A DNA stretch of 64,000 nt from Chrysomallon squamiferum (GCA_012295275.1 CM022672.1:29016001-29080000); one strand, 5' to 3'. Shown: positions 12,388 through 23,935, counted from the first letter of the stretch. Numbers and translations: made by a program. Notes: generated by a model not told the origin, from the sequence alone.

Positions 12388-12672
12388 CTGAGGAGATGTC
12401 AGAAAGGTGTAAAGATGTTTTATAGCTGTGATCAGTGTTCCTACAAGACAGTAAGGGGAGATCATCTCATTCGACACAAGAGGAAACACAGTGGAGATTT
12501 CTTCCGATGTCACCTCTGTTCTAACCACTTCTTTGACAACTACCAGCTGGCACTTCACATCAAGGGACACGAAGGAAGACTGGCTTGCAGGACTTGTGGT
12601 AAACAGTTTCAGTCTCATTCAGGACTGTATCTTCATGAGAAAAAACACAAGATGTACTTGCTAACCCAGTAA
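12388..12672 (+). CDS. Alternative terminal exon ZF-8, three C2H2 zinc fingers
   Basis: Acceptor gttttttcag ends at 12387; phase 0 (LRRCQKGVKMFYSCDQC...); last exon of the array. Confidence 0.88.
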   Translation: MRRCQKGVKMFYSCDQCSYKTVRGDHLIRHKRKHSGDFFRCHLCSNHFFDNYQLALHIKGHEGRLACRTCGKQFQSHSGLYLHEKKHKMYLLTQ

Positions 12673-15569
12673 CTGTTTTGTTGAACAGTTACCATGACAA
12701 TGACATTACAACAAAATTGTCAGTTAACTAAAGTTTTTGTTAACAAAGGAAAGAATTTGTGCCTTTATTAAACTTTTTATTTTCATTTTTCTTTATTTTG
12801 GTTCAGTCATAATTAAACAAAAACAGTACATATTTTGTTACAATATGCAGAGAAATGATTCATCCACATGCAGATATAGCTAAATAGATTATTCAGTTAT
12901 AACAAAAATTATGCATTCAGCTTTATTTAATTATTTTTAAAAATATTTTTTTTTATTGTTTTCAAATAAAAGAATGAACTAATTTAACAGTATTAAACAT
13001 AATCGTATTATATTGCTGATATTATCTGCAGTGACTTTTTTCATTAATATTATTTCAGTGGAGTGTCTGTAAATTTGATTTTATTTGTGTACAAATCTCT
13101 GTTTTCTCATTTCAGCGTGTCTGTCAATGTGAAATGATATTCTCATCTACTATCTGTCTGTCTTCATACATACTTTCCAACATAACATCCAGAGTAAAAA
13201 GAACTAACTAAAACAAGATTTGGTCAGGTGTTTCTTTTTGTTTCCCTTTCCATTTAATTTTGATATTATTTATTGATATAAGGATACTTCTCTAGGTATT
13301 TCAAATGGTATTCAAAACACCTAAAGAAATCCAAATAAAAATTGTTACATGTTATTGTCTGTAATATTACAGTACTTTATTGATTTGGTGTTTATTATTA
13401 ATTCTAATTGCAAAACCAGTATATTTATATTAATATTTCTGACAAAAAGTGACAAACAGTTCATTTTTACTATGAATCCAAATACACAGACATGCATCTT
13501 TTTTAAATTTGAATTATGTAAATAACATTCATAAATATACATCTACTGTGCATCTCCACAAAAAGCAACACAGGCACACATACATCTGTTCATACATACA
13601 TGTTTTCAGTCAAATTTAATATTTGGTAATACTCTCCTTTAGATCAGTTTGGAGTTTTCTGATAACAAATATTTACTTTCTTATCATGAATAAATTCCAA
13701 GGCGTCTCTCTGTTCACACTGTCTCATTAAACTTCCAAGGAACTGTGACTTGTGATCAGAGTTTTGTGTAAACCAGCAAATGGATTGACTATCAAGTAAA
13801 CTCAATTACTACTGTTTGAAATGAAAAGATACACTATTAAACAAACCAATTAGAAGTTATTTTAAATGTATTGTGGTGTTGCCAACAGAAGATGGCAAGA
13901 GAATTCACTACATTTTTGCCCCTTTTTGGTGAAAGATTTTAAAAGATTTTAAAAGTAAGTAAATTGCCTAAAAGTTATATTTTATGTCCATTTTTTATTT
14001 TTGTCATTATATAATCCCAATCTCCGAAACTGAATATCTTCAAATTTATGCATGTTTTGTTTTCTATTTATATATACATAATTTTTTTTAAATTTCTATT
14101 TGATTCACTTACATTATTAAATGAATAGATTTTTTTTATATATATATTTTTAATGAGTCATGTTATAATATTTGATGTTATGTTAGAAACATTATAAAAA
14201 CAACTTTTAGTAGTAATAATAATAAATTTTTGTGTTATTGCAAAACACACTAGTCCTCTTAATTCTTTGTACAATAATTGAAAGACCAGTTCTGTAACAG
14301 TTCTACAACAGTGCATACTAGGGTGATGCCTTGCAGTAATTGTTGAAATTGCTGTGCATTACAACAAATTAAATTTCATTTGAAGATTTCAAGAGCTGAA
14401 TGCAACTAGTAAAATCCAAAGAAATTATTTTCTGTTTGATGTTTTTAGAATTAAACTGTGTAAACAAAATATACAATAGTGTAACCTGTTCATTTTAATC
14501 AATTCAGTTTTTTTTTTAAAGTTAAAAATAAATGTTGCAGTACAAACAAAAGTCTGTGTTTGTGTGTAATTTTAATTTTTTTTTTTTTATTAAAGGTTTG
14601 TTTTATTTGACATCTAACAGCCAGTCTATGATGCAGTACAGGATTATTTTTTGCTAATCTTTTCTATCATTGTGTGGTTTCCTTACTCTGTGTTTAAATA
14701 TTCACATCAGCTCAGATATCAACCAGCATTACAGAATGCTGAAAACAAAACTTGACATGTGATTATCAGTGAACTAACATATTACAACTAGTTTTATAAA
14801 TAAAAAACTAAGTCAAAAGTGTTCATTCATTTATTTGTATTTCTTACAAAGAACAACATAAAGCTGACTAGAGCTAACTACAGGAGCCTGGCAGATAAAC
14901 ACCACTGACAACACACAGCATGTTCCCATCATAACACAATATACTACCCAGCACCCTTTTTTGTTTCCTGGAATATTAGAAAATCACCTAGGTAAATATA
15001 AACAGTAATATATAGTTTAATAAAAATTCAATTATTTTTTATTTTTGTTATTTTACTGATTAACACTTTGTACTGTTTACCTGCTGAAAAGAATTTGCAT
15101 TTTGTTTGAGAAAAAAAAACACAAGATATTAAATAAATTTCTCTCCAAAACAAATCTTAAGTAGCCCTAAACAACTACTTCATGTTAAAAAAGTAAAAAA
15201 ACAAAACAAAAGAAATTTATAAAAAATATTATCCATCCAATTTTATTACTGAGAACTCAAAAAGAGTCTCCATTATTTTAAAAATGTAATAACACATTTT
15301 AGACAAATGTGATATTTATTATTGGGAATGGGAAATGTACATACAAAGGTAATAAACAATAATGTATTTTACACACAATTATTATTATCTGTATACAAAT
15401 ATGATATGTAACTGGATAAGATTTACAACCAAACCCTTTTACAGGCCTGTTTTACTGGAGAAATAATAATACAAATTTAAATCTATGAGCAATATGCATG
15501 ATGTCTGGATTTCAATTAAAATTGGAATATTTATTTAAATTTATTAAAACTGTTGAATTATTATGATTA

Positions 15570-16165
15570 CCGTATATACTTGTGTACAAGGCAACCTTAT
15601 GTATAAGTCAATGTGTATTTTAAGACCAAAAATTGCATAATTTTAGGTATTACTTGTGTATAAGTCAACTGTAGATTCCAGGCACTGTCACTTTGTTTTC
15701 GTTTTGTCGGTAGTGGATATTAATGACGATTGCAATATTATTTCACCAAATTCTTTACAATTACACAAGTGAGTTTTGTTTATGAAATTAGGACCGATAT
15801 TTAGTGCAATTTGGCAGAGAAGTCTGCATTCCTAGATCATTGCAAGACGCCGTAAGGCATAACGCCGTACTGACGGTTTTTTCGCTTTAAAATGTATTTT
15901 TATGTCATTAAACGGAAGAATATCAAGTTTTACATTCATATTTGGTTTTGTTATTTAATTTTTCAAAATTTGTTATACGATAAAATTATATTTTTGAAAA
16001 GCTGAAAGACCGTGATTATTTTAGATGCATCCCGTAGCAAAAAATAGTCAAAATGGCGACTCTTAAGCAACAGCTACAAAAGCATTACCTATGTATAAGT
16101 CGACCCCCAAAATATTACCTTAATATAGTCTCCCAAAAATTCGACTTATACACAAGTATATACGG
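15570..16165. mobile_element. Non-autonomous Tc1/mariner-superfamily MITE (Tc2/pogo-like)
   Basis: Terminal inverted repeats ccgtatatacttgtgtacaag and cttatacacaagtatatacgg, each flanked by TA; internal repeated gtataagtc motif. Confidence 0.85.
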
Positions 16166-16912
16166 TATTTTTTTGTTAATTGTTTTGTTTGGTACTTTAT
16201 TCCTTTTTTTTTTTTTCCTATAAAATTTTTTAATAAAAAAAAAGAAAAGAAAAGAAAAGAGTATAGAAGATAATAAGCAAGAATTTATTATGTAAGTATA
16301 ATAAACTGTGGAATAATTTAAAAAAATATAAAATAAAATAAAAGAAATGAAACATAATGAACAGGAAAGAAAAAAAGAAAAAGAAAGAAAAAGCAGATTA
16401 AAAAAACTAAAGATATACATGTGATTCTTGGAAAATGACCTGAACCATGTATACTGAAGTACACAGTCAAAATGAAAGCTTAAGTTATACATTTTATTTT
16501 TAAATAAAAAAATAATAATAATAATAAAACTACTGTATGTACATAACAACAGATCAATGACTTTTTAACATTCTAAAGGTAATATAAAAATAAAATTTTG
16601 AATTTTGAGTTTTGTTTCTGTCAAAACACATGAAAAAATGTATTAATTTATTTTTTCCTCATCAATGTTTTACAAAATAATTCATTTCAAAAGTTAAACA
16701 TTTTCTTTTGTTTATCATTAAAAGTGACAAAGACGTATGCACAGGTTTTGAGTAGCTGGGTCAGAAACTACAAGTACACATCTAAATCCGAAACCATAAA
16801 AATCCTAAATATTCACCAGCTGATTCCATTTGTATTTCTCATGTTTATTCACATATACAAAGAACCTAATTCTTCTATGTATATTGAACTCTGACCTCTC
16901 TGCTTGCAGTCA

Positions 16913-17055
16913 TCACTGGTGTTTATTGAACTTTGACCTGTAGATCTGTGACAAAGCTTTCTTTTTAACTCGACATTCAGCAGACGTTATCTTACTCCTT
17001 ATAGCTTTCTTGATGGAGGAAATTTCTGAGTCGGGAAATGCACACACAGTGAACT
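16913..17055 (-). CDS. BEN-domain C-terminal alternative last exon d
   Basis: Acceptor cttctttcttccag, phase 1; EFTVCAFPDSEISSIKKAIRSKITSAECRVKKKALSQIYRSKFNKHQ*. Confidence 0.82.
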
Positions 17056-17124
17056 CTGGAAGAAAGAAGATACATCTGGACCCTCACATACAAACTAGAT
17101 TATCTAAATGTGGTGACAATACAG

Positions 17125-17252
17125 TCACGGATTGTCTGAATACAAAGATCCCTTTCTTCGTCTGGCACGACTCTCAGCACAGGAAATCTTATTCCTAAAA
17201 GACTTCTTTAGAAGCACCACATCGGTATTAGGGAAGTTTTGTTTAGTGAAGT
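17125..17252 (-). CDS. BEN-domain C-terminal alternative last exon c
   Basis: Acceptor ctgttttttttgcag, phase 1; DFTKQNFPNTDVVLLKKSFRNKISCAESRARRRKGSLYSDNP*. Confidence 0.82.
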
Positions 17253-17454
17253 CTGCAAAAAAAACAGACAGTGGTGATGTAATTATTAACAGAATGCTTG
17301 CCAGCAATAGTCTTGTCCTTCTGAACTCCATGTAGCAAACATCTGCACAGAGAAGGCAACTCATTTTAAACGAGCAAAACAATTCTACATCTGAAGTTAA
17401 CATGCAAAACAGAACAGATCAGGTAAGTAAAACAATGTGGTCAAGCAATGGTTA

Positions 17455-17585
17455 TCAAGGATCCAGTTTAAAACACGGCAGTGACAGTTTCCGCTTAGCA
17501 CGAGTCTCCGCACAAGTGATTTTCTTTCGGATTGACTGCTTTATGACAGCCAGTTTGGCACCAGGAAAAGTGGCTGTGACGAAAT
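17455..17585 (-). CDS. BEN-domain C-terminal alternative last exon b
   Basis: Acceptor ttttctcttgcag, phase 1; DFVTATFPGAKLAVIKQSIRKKITCAETRAKRKLSLPCFKLDP*. Confidence 0.82.
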
Positions 17586-19298
17586 CTGCAAGAGAAAATA
17601 ATACCAATGTGGTATTCTAAAACTGTAGTCTTCTCAAAGATGCATTAGTCTATGTCATTAGTTATGTGAATAGATAAAAAAAGTGAATGAAATTATTTCT
17701 GCCAAATGAAAGTCATCTTTGCTTAGACATACCGATATAGGATCTTTGTTTCATGTTCTAAATAAAAAAAATGTATCTGCCTTATTAGGGATCCAAGCAA
17801 ATGATTCTAATGTTTTATAATACAGAACGTGATTTGCATTTTTGCAGAAAAAGGTTGCTTTATTAAGTTCTTGATGAATGTTAAAAATCAGTAAAAACTG
17901 AATTGCAAATTGCAACATTTTATATATGTAATGTTCATCATGATTAAGAAGTTGGAATTTCTATGCATATCAAACAATCTGTTTTGACAAACAGGAAAAG
18001 GCCAATAACAATAGCAGGGATTCTCTAATATGGCATATAAATTTTTGCAAATTAAGTGATTATAAAAGGAATAAAATAAAAAATAAAAAAAAATTAATAA
18101 AAAATAAAATAAAATACAATAAAATAAAATAAAATTAAATTAAATTAAAAATATTTTAAACCACATACAGCCAATGACAACATTACTAAATTGAGTTATA
18201 AGAAACAATTTGATAATTTTAACTGTTCATTGCAGTATGAATCCCAAAATAGCTTTTACTTAAAAAATCTCAAAGATAATAAAGTCTGTTTCTAAATTAT
18301 TACTTGGGACACTATTAGCCACTGAATATATAGCTTAACAAATGTTCTCTTCAAATTAAAGATCCTCTTGATTGATTAATATACTAAGAGAAAAAAGGAT
18401 TTTTTTAGAAAAATACATAAACACATGACACACAAAGATAGCTAATTAAAACTCTTCACAACTAATGTGTAAGATAATACTTAATTCACCTATTTTTAAA
18501 AAAATTAAACCTAAAGAAGAAATCCACTAAACATCTGAAAATAAGTGTGACATAATTAAGAACATTTGTCTTCTAAAATCTGCAATAAAAGTGACAAATT
18601 TTTATTCTAATTGTAAAACAAGATGTAGTACATTTCTCTTCTGTTGAGGCCAAGTATCTAAAAAAAATAAAAATAATAATCGTAATAATAATAAAAAATA
18701 AAAATAAAATATATATAGGCTCATAAATTAAATACAGGAATGAAACATATAAACATATTCTAAATGTGAGTGCCAAAATCTATGAATTTCCTTCTTTTAA
18801 AATAAAATACAGCAATAATGATTAAATTCATCTGAGATCAATCCAGATATCTGGTGATTACAATATCTTTGCAATTTAGCATCTAGTACTTTTTTTTTTA
18901 TTATTGTTATTATTATTTTTTTGAAGATATATGATAAAGGGGAAGACAAATTAGTTTATTTAGAAATATTTTAAATTGCTATTCGTTTAAAAATGTATGC
19001 ATGATTTTATGTATTATTAAAGAACGAAAAAACAATCTTATTTTCTCTTAAAATAAGTTTGTATACATTTTAGCAATTAAAGTCAAAACTGAATTTCAAT
19101 TCAATTTCATTAAGTCAGAGATATTTGGAAAAAAAAATTCAAAGAAAAATTGACATCAACTTTAATTCAGATTCATTTAGAGAGTAATATATTATTTTAT
19201 TTATATTTTATTTAAATTAAATGCACTACACATTTATATAAATCTGAAATACTTCCCTACTGCTAAAGAAGGAAATTCATGTATTCAGACTCACTGTG

Positions 19299-19429
19299 TT
19301 AAGAAGAATTTCTGGAGATTGCCAATATTGCTTTTTTCTTCATCCGACTTTCCGCTGCTGTTATTTTGTTTCTTATAGCACGCTTTAAAATCACTGAATC
19401 AGCTTCAGGAAAAGATTGAACTGTAAATT
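19299..19429 (-). CDS. BEN-domain C-terminal alternative last exon a
   Basis: Acceptor tatttcttacag, phase 1; EFTVQSFPEADSVILKRAIRNKITAAESRMKKKAILAISRNSS*. Confidence 0.82.
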
Positions 19430-19521
19430 CTGTAAGAAATATAGAGTCAGTGAAACAGGAGATGAGATGACCAGCTGAAAATTAAATTCTTTAACACGGT
19501 TTTTAATATCAAACTATTCTG

Positions 19522-21113
19522 CAAAACAAGTTCTGTATTACAGCTGATTTATAAACACAGTCATAAAACAAGTTCAGTATTACAGCTGATTTATATATAC
19601 AGCCATAAAACAAGTTCAGTATTACAGCTGATTTATAAACACAGTCATAAAACAAGTTCAGTATTACAGCTGATTTATAAACACAGTCATAAAACAAGTT
19701 CTGTATTACAGCTGATTTATAAACACAGTCATAAAACAAGTTCAGTATTACAGCTGATTTATATATACAGCCATAAAACAAGTTCAGTATTACAGCTGAT
19801 TTATATATAGTCATAAAACAAGTTCAGTATTACAGCTGATTTATAGATACAGGCATAAAACAAGTTCAGTATTACAGCTGATTTATAGATACAGTCATAA
19901 AACAAGTTCAGTATTACAGCTGATTTATAGATATAGTCATAAAACAAGTTCAGTATTACAGCTGATTTATATATAGTCATAAAACAAGTTCAGTATTACA
20001 GCTGATTTATATATAGTCATAAAACAAGTTCAGTATTACAGCTGGTTTATATATAGTCATAAAACAAGTTCAGTATTACAGCTGATTTATAGATACAGGC
20101 ATAAAACAAGTTCAGTATTACAGCTGATTTATATATACAGCCATAAAACAAGTTCAGTATTACAGCTGGTTTATAGATACAGGCATAAAACAAGTTCAGT
20201 ATTACAGCTGATTTATAGATACAGGCATAAAACAAGTTCAGTATTACAGCTGATTTATAGATACAGGCATAAAACAAGTTCAGTATTACAGCTGATTTAT
20301 ATATACAGCCATAAAACAAATTCAGTATTACAGCTGGTTTATAGATACAGGCATAAAACAAATTCAGTATTACAGCTGATTTATAGATACAGGCATAAAA
20401 CAAATTCAGTATTACAGCTGATTTATATATAGTCATAAAACAAGTTCAGTATTACAGCTGATTTATAGATATAGTCATAAAACAAATTCAGTATTACAGC
20501 TGATTTATAGATACAGGCATAAAACAAGCTCAGTATTACAGCTGATTTATATATAGTCATAAAACAAGTTCAGTATTACAGCTAATTTATATATAGTCAT
20601 AAAACAAGTTCAGTATTACAGCTGATTTATAGATACAGGCATAAAACAAGTTCTGTATTACAGCTGATTTATAGATTATAGTCACAAAACAAGTTCAGTA
20701 TTACAGCTGATTTATAGATATAGTCATAAAACACATCCTGTATTACAGCTGATTTATAGATACAGGCATAAAACAAGTTCTGTATTACAGCTGATTTATA
20801 GATACAGTCACAAAACAAGTTCAGTATTACAGCTGATTTATAGATATAGTCATAAAACACATCCTGTATTACAGCTGATTTATAGATACAGGCATAAAAC
20901 AAGTTCTGTATTACAGCTGATTTATAGATTATAGTCATAAAACACACCCTGTATTACAGCTGATTTATAGATACAGGCATAAAACAAGTTCTGTATTACA
21001 GCTGATTTATAGATTATAGTCATAAAACACATCCTGTATTACAGCTGATTTATAGATACAGGCATAAAACAAGTTCTGTATTACAGCTGATTTATAGACA
21101 AGTCTTAAAACAC
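19522..21113. repeat. Intronic minisatellite, unit about 40-43 bp, roughly 38 copies
   Basis: Tandem unit cataaaacaagttcagtattacagctgatttatagatacagg with no unique spacers; alternating variants at the right end. Confidence 0.97.
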
Positions 21114-21461
21114 ATTTAATAAGAAAGAAAAAAGAAAGAAAAAGAAAATAAAATCTGCTGATGACAGTAACAATGTAAAGAAATAACTAGAACAACTTCC
21201 TTTTGGTATAGACAGGTTATATCAGGAGAGCAATGTGACATAAAACACATATTCTACTAGCAAAGAGCACAGGAAAATTTCACTTCCAGTGAATTGTTGT
21301 ATGTTATATATCTACAAATAAGTTGTAATTCTGGACATTTTTTATGACTATATCTATAAATCAGCTGCTTTATGATTTTTGAAGAAGTTTATGTTGGTTT
21401 TACATGATATGTCCTATCAGTAATGCATATACCTTAAAGACTTAATATTTTCTAAACTTAC

Positions 21462-21660
21462 CTAAAATACTATTAATTATTTGTGGATCAAGCAGTTTTT
21501 TGTTGTTGACACCAGTGAGGTTGGAACCCAGGAGCTCGTTGGTGGTGTAGAAACAGTTGAGGAGATAGTTAGCACAAGCTGTTGGAGACAGTTTGTTTCG
21601 GGCTCGCGTAATCTGTAGAGGATAAACGTACACCCCTCGACACTGTGACAGCTCCATCAT
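21462..21660 (-). CDS. BEN-domain N-terminal exon (variable region of the minus-strand gene)
   Basis: Acceptor cttttttctag (phase 0) and donor G|gtaagt (phase 1). SPTACANYLLNCFYTTNELLGSNLTGVNNKKLLDPQIINSIL matches the BEN pattern (LL..F...EL..SN..G...K..LDP..I..I). Confidence 0.85.
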
Positions 21661-23206
21661 CTAGAAAAAAGTTTTCTATTTAGACCATTGAAGTTATTTA
21701 TCATTCTTTCTGTACAGTTAAACTTTATAAACATAATTTGAAGTAACGTTAAACAACATAATTAGACGCTACCTCCCACACACACTTATAAAAGATGAAG
21801 TAGTAAATGTATCACTTTAGTTTATTTTCATCTTTTTATTTATTATTATTATTTTATTATTTTTGTTTTTTTTTAACTTTCATGACTAAAGGATTGAGAA
21901 CAACAAAATTAATTTTACAATTTATGTAAAATATTAACTGTAAATTCAGTTGAGAAGCACTTTTATTTATATTTTATTAAAAATTAATACTACAGTTAAC
22001 AAGAAAAAAGAAAAGAAACCCATACAAAAAAAAAATAATAATAATATTACTCCTAGCTGATAAAGCTATATATTCAAACTGTTAGGTATCTATGACAACT
22101 AATATGTAGTTAATGCAAAGACAAAACAAGCTAGGACAGAAAACAAAGGTTTTTGTTTTTAATTTGACAACTGAAAATAACTAATATCATTAAAAAAAAC
22201 ACACACACAACCGCTCCCCTTCAGTTTTACAATTAAAAATTCTGAACATAAACAGGATATGTAATTAATGGAGTTATTAATTTATTGTTTTTAAACAGAT
22301 CTGCTTTGAAATTATAAATAAAAAATGTTTCTTGAATTGTTTTCCAACACTGGTCAAAATATCACTGTATTCATCAGTGAAACTTAATTTTTGCCCATGA
22401 AATATGACAAAAGAAAAAAAATTATGTGTAATGCTTTTCTTAAATTCAGTGTAATACACAGATATGAAACAGTAGGAAATTTAGTTCTCAAGTCTAGCTT
22501 TTTACATAAATCTGTGAAAAAACTGATCAAATATTTAAAACACTTGATGATCAAATACTCAGATACAGCTTAAAAAAAACTTAGCTTTTTATCTTGCTAA
22601 CTTTGCCAAATGACTGGTAGTGAAATGAAAATTGTACCAATGTAATCAATGAATACTGATAAATTTCTTAAATAGAAGTCAGCTGTCATTTTAAGCAATT
22701 ACCAGTCAACTAACAAGATGTAGTCAAAAAAAGAAATATTTTAAGTTTATTAACAATAAAGTTTTTATCATCATTTCTCAATTTCCAGTTCTGCAAGGTT
22801 ACTTTGCTAATATGACTTAGATTCATTTTATCTAACAAACAGTCTAAATATAATCTGCAAGTTTTGTTGTTAGTTTGCCATCCATTCTTATTTAATAAAG
22901 CAAGGTTAAAATTAGAGTACACCTAATAAATATCTAATTTTTCTGTAATGGTGATGTCACAGCATGCAGAGTAGATTACTTTGCTCAAATATTCTTTTCT
23001 AATGTCAGAAACAGTTATCAGTCTACAATACATGAAGTGAGTTATCAGTACATGCAGTTTACAATATGTGTTACTGGATAAAATGGCAATGTTCAAATCA
23101 TTTATTGTCATTCTTTGTCAAGTGTCTTGATGAAGAAAACAAACACAAAAACACTTCAATGTATAAGAATTTTATTAGATCATTTATTTATATTTTACAT
23201 TAAGAA

Positions 23207-23935
23207 TCAGTGCTGAATTAGATTATTTTTGTGGTATATCTCCATACACTGAGAAGGACAAAGACCAGGTTTATGATGGCAGACAGCACACTGAAAACGT
23301 GTGTCCCGTCTTTTGCCTAATGAATAACACACTCGACATCTCTTTCTAGCCCCTCTGTACTGTTTGGCAGTTGCTGGTACCAGTTCCAAATAATGCAGCT
23401 CTGGTTCTAACCCTTGCCTCAACACTGAATATGTAACATGTTCAGACGCGGGATGTGTCTGTTCCATGTTCTGATGTGTGTTCTTATTTATGTCTGTTGT
23501 TTCATCAGGCCCATTTGTAACATAGTCACAACTAATAGGTGTGTGTACTTGATTAAGAATTTTTGGAAGTATTTTAAAATAAGATGTTTCATCACTGCCA
23601 TTCTGTTTTAGATTTTTGTCAGTTCTGGATGCAGATTTTGACAGCTCTAAAACATTTTGTGTTGCTGAACAGTCTGCATCTGCATCTGTGGTAACATTAG
23701 CACTGACAGACACCTGCACATTGCTCTCCAATCTTTTCAGTCCTGCACACACATCTGAGGTAGACCTTGAAGATTCAGTCTTTAATCTACTTTTCACTTG
23801 TCTAGAAAATTTGACTGACTTATGGTGATTTGCAAGTTCTCTAAATTTCCTTGTGTTTCCATTTTCTTTTTGTGTTCTCTTCTTGAAACATTCAATCTGC
23901 CTTTTTTCTGACTTTATCTGTGATGAATTTTCTGT
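23207..23935 (-). CDS. Alternative terminal exon with piggyBac-type C-terminal cysteine-rich zinc ribbon
   Basis: Acceptor gattctattttcag, phase 0, open for 242 aa; ends LHYLELVPATAKQYRGARKRCRVCYSLGKRRDTRFQCAVCHHKPGLCPSQCMEIYH, typical of piggyBac/PGBD4 transposase C-termini. No DDD catalytic core is present. Confidence 0.82.
   Translation of the reverse strand, partial: TENSSQIKSEKRQIECFKKRTQKENGNTRKFRELANHHKSVKFSRQVKSRLKTESSRSTSDVCAGLKRLESNVQVSVSANVTTDADADCSATQNVLELSKSASRTDKNLKQNGSDETSYFKILPKILNQVHTPISCDYVTNGPDETTDINKNTHQNMEQTHPASEHVTYSVLRQGLEPELHYLELVPATAKQYRGARKRCRVCYSLGKRRDTRFQCAVCHHKPGLCPSQCMEIYHKNNLIQH

Noticed and set aside
1892-12618. Minus-strand ORFs overlapping the ZF exons (1892, 7925, 9750, 11505, 12214)
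   Set aside because: Antisense shadows of the zinc-finger exons with no independent motif.
335-13000. AATAAA hexamers after each ZF exon as evidence of individual poly(A) sites
   Set aside because: The hexamer is too frequent in this AT-rich sequence to be informative without 3'-end data.
17010-17620. Plus-strand ORFs 17010-17198, 17132-17335 and 17402-17620
   Set aside because: They are antisense shadows of the minus-strand BEN C-terminal exons.
19509-20947. Repetitive ORFs (YKSAVILNLF)n and a possible CRISPR-like array
   Set aside because: These are translations of a 42-bp minisatellite; the units abut with no unique spacers and frames break at 40- and 43-bp units.
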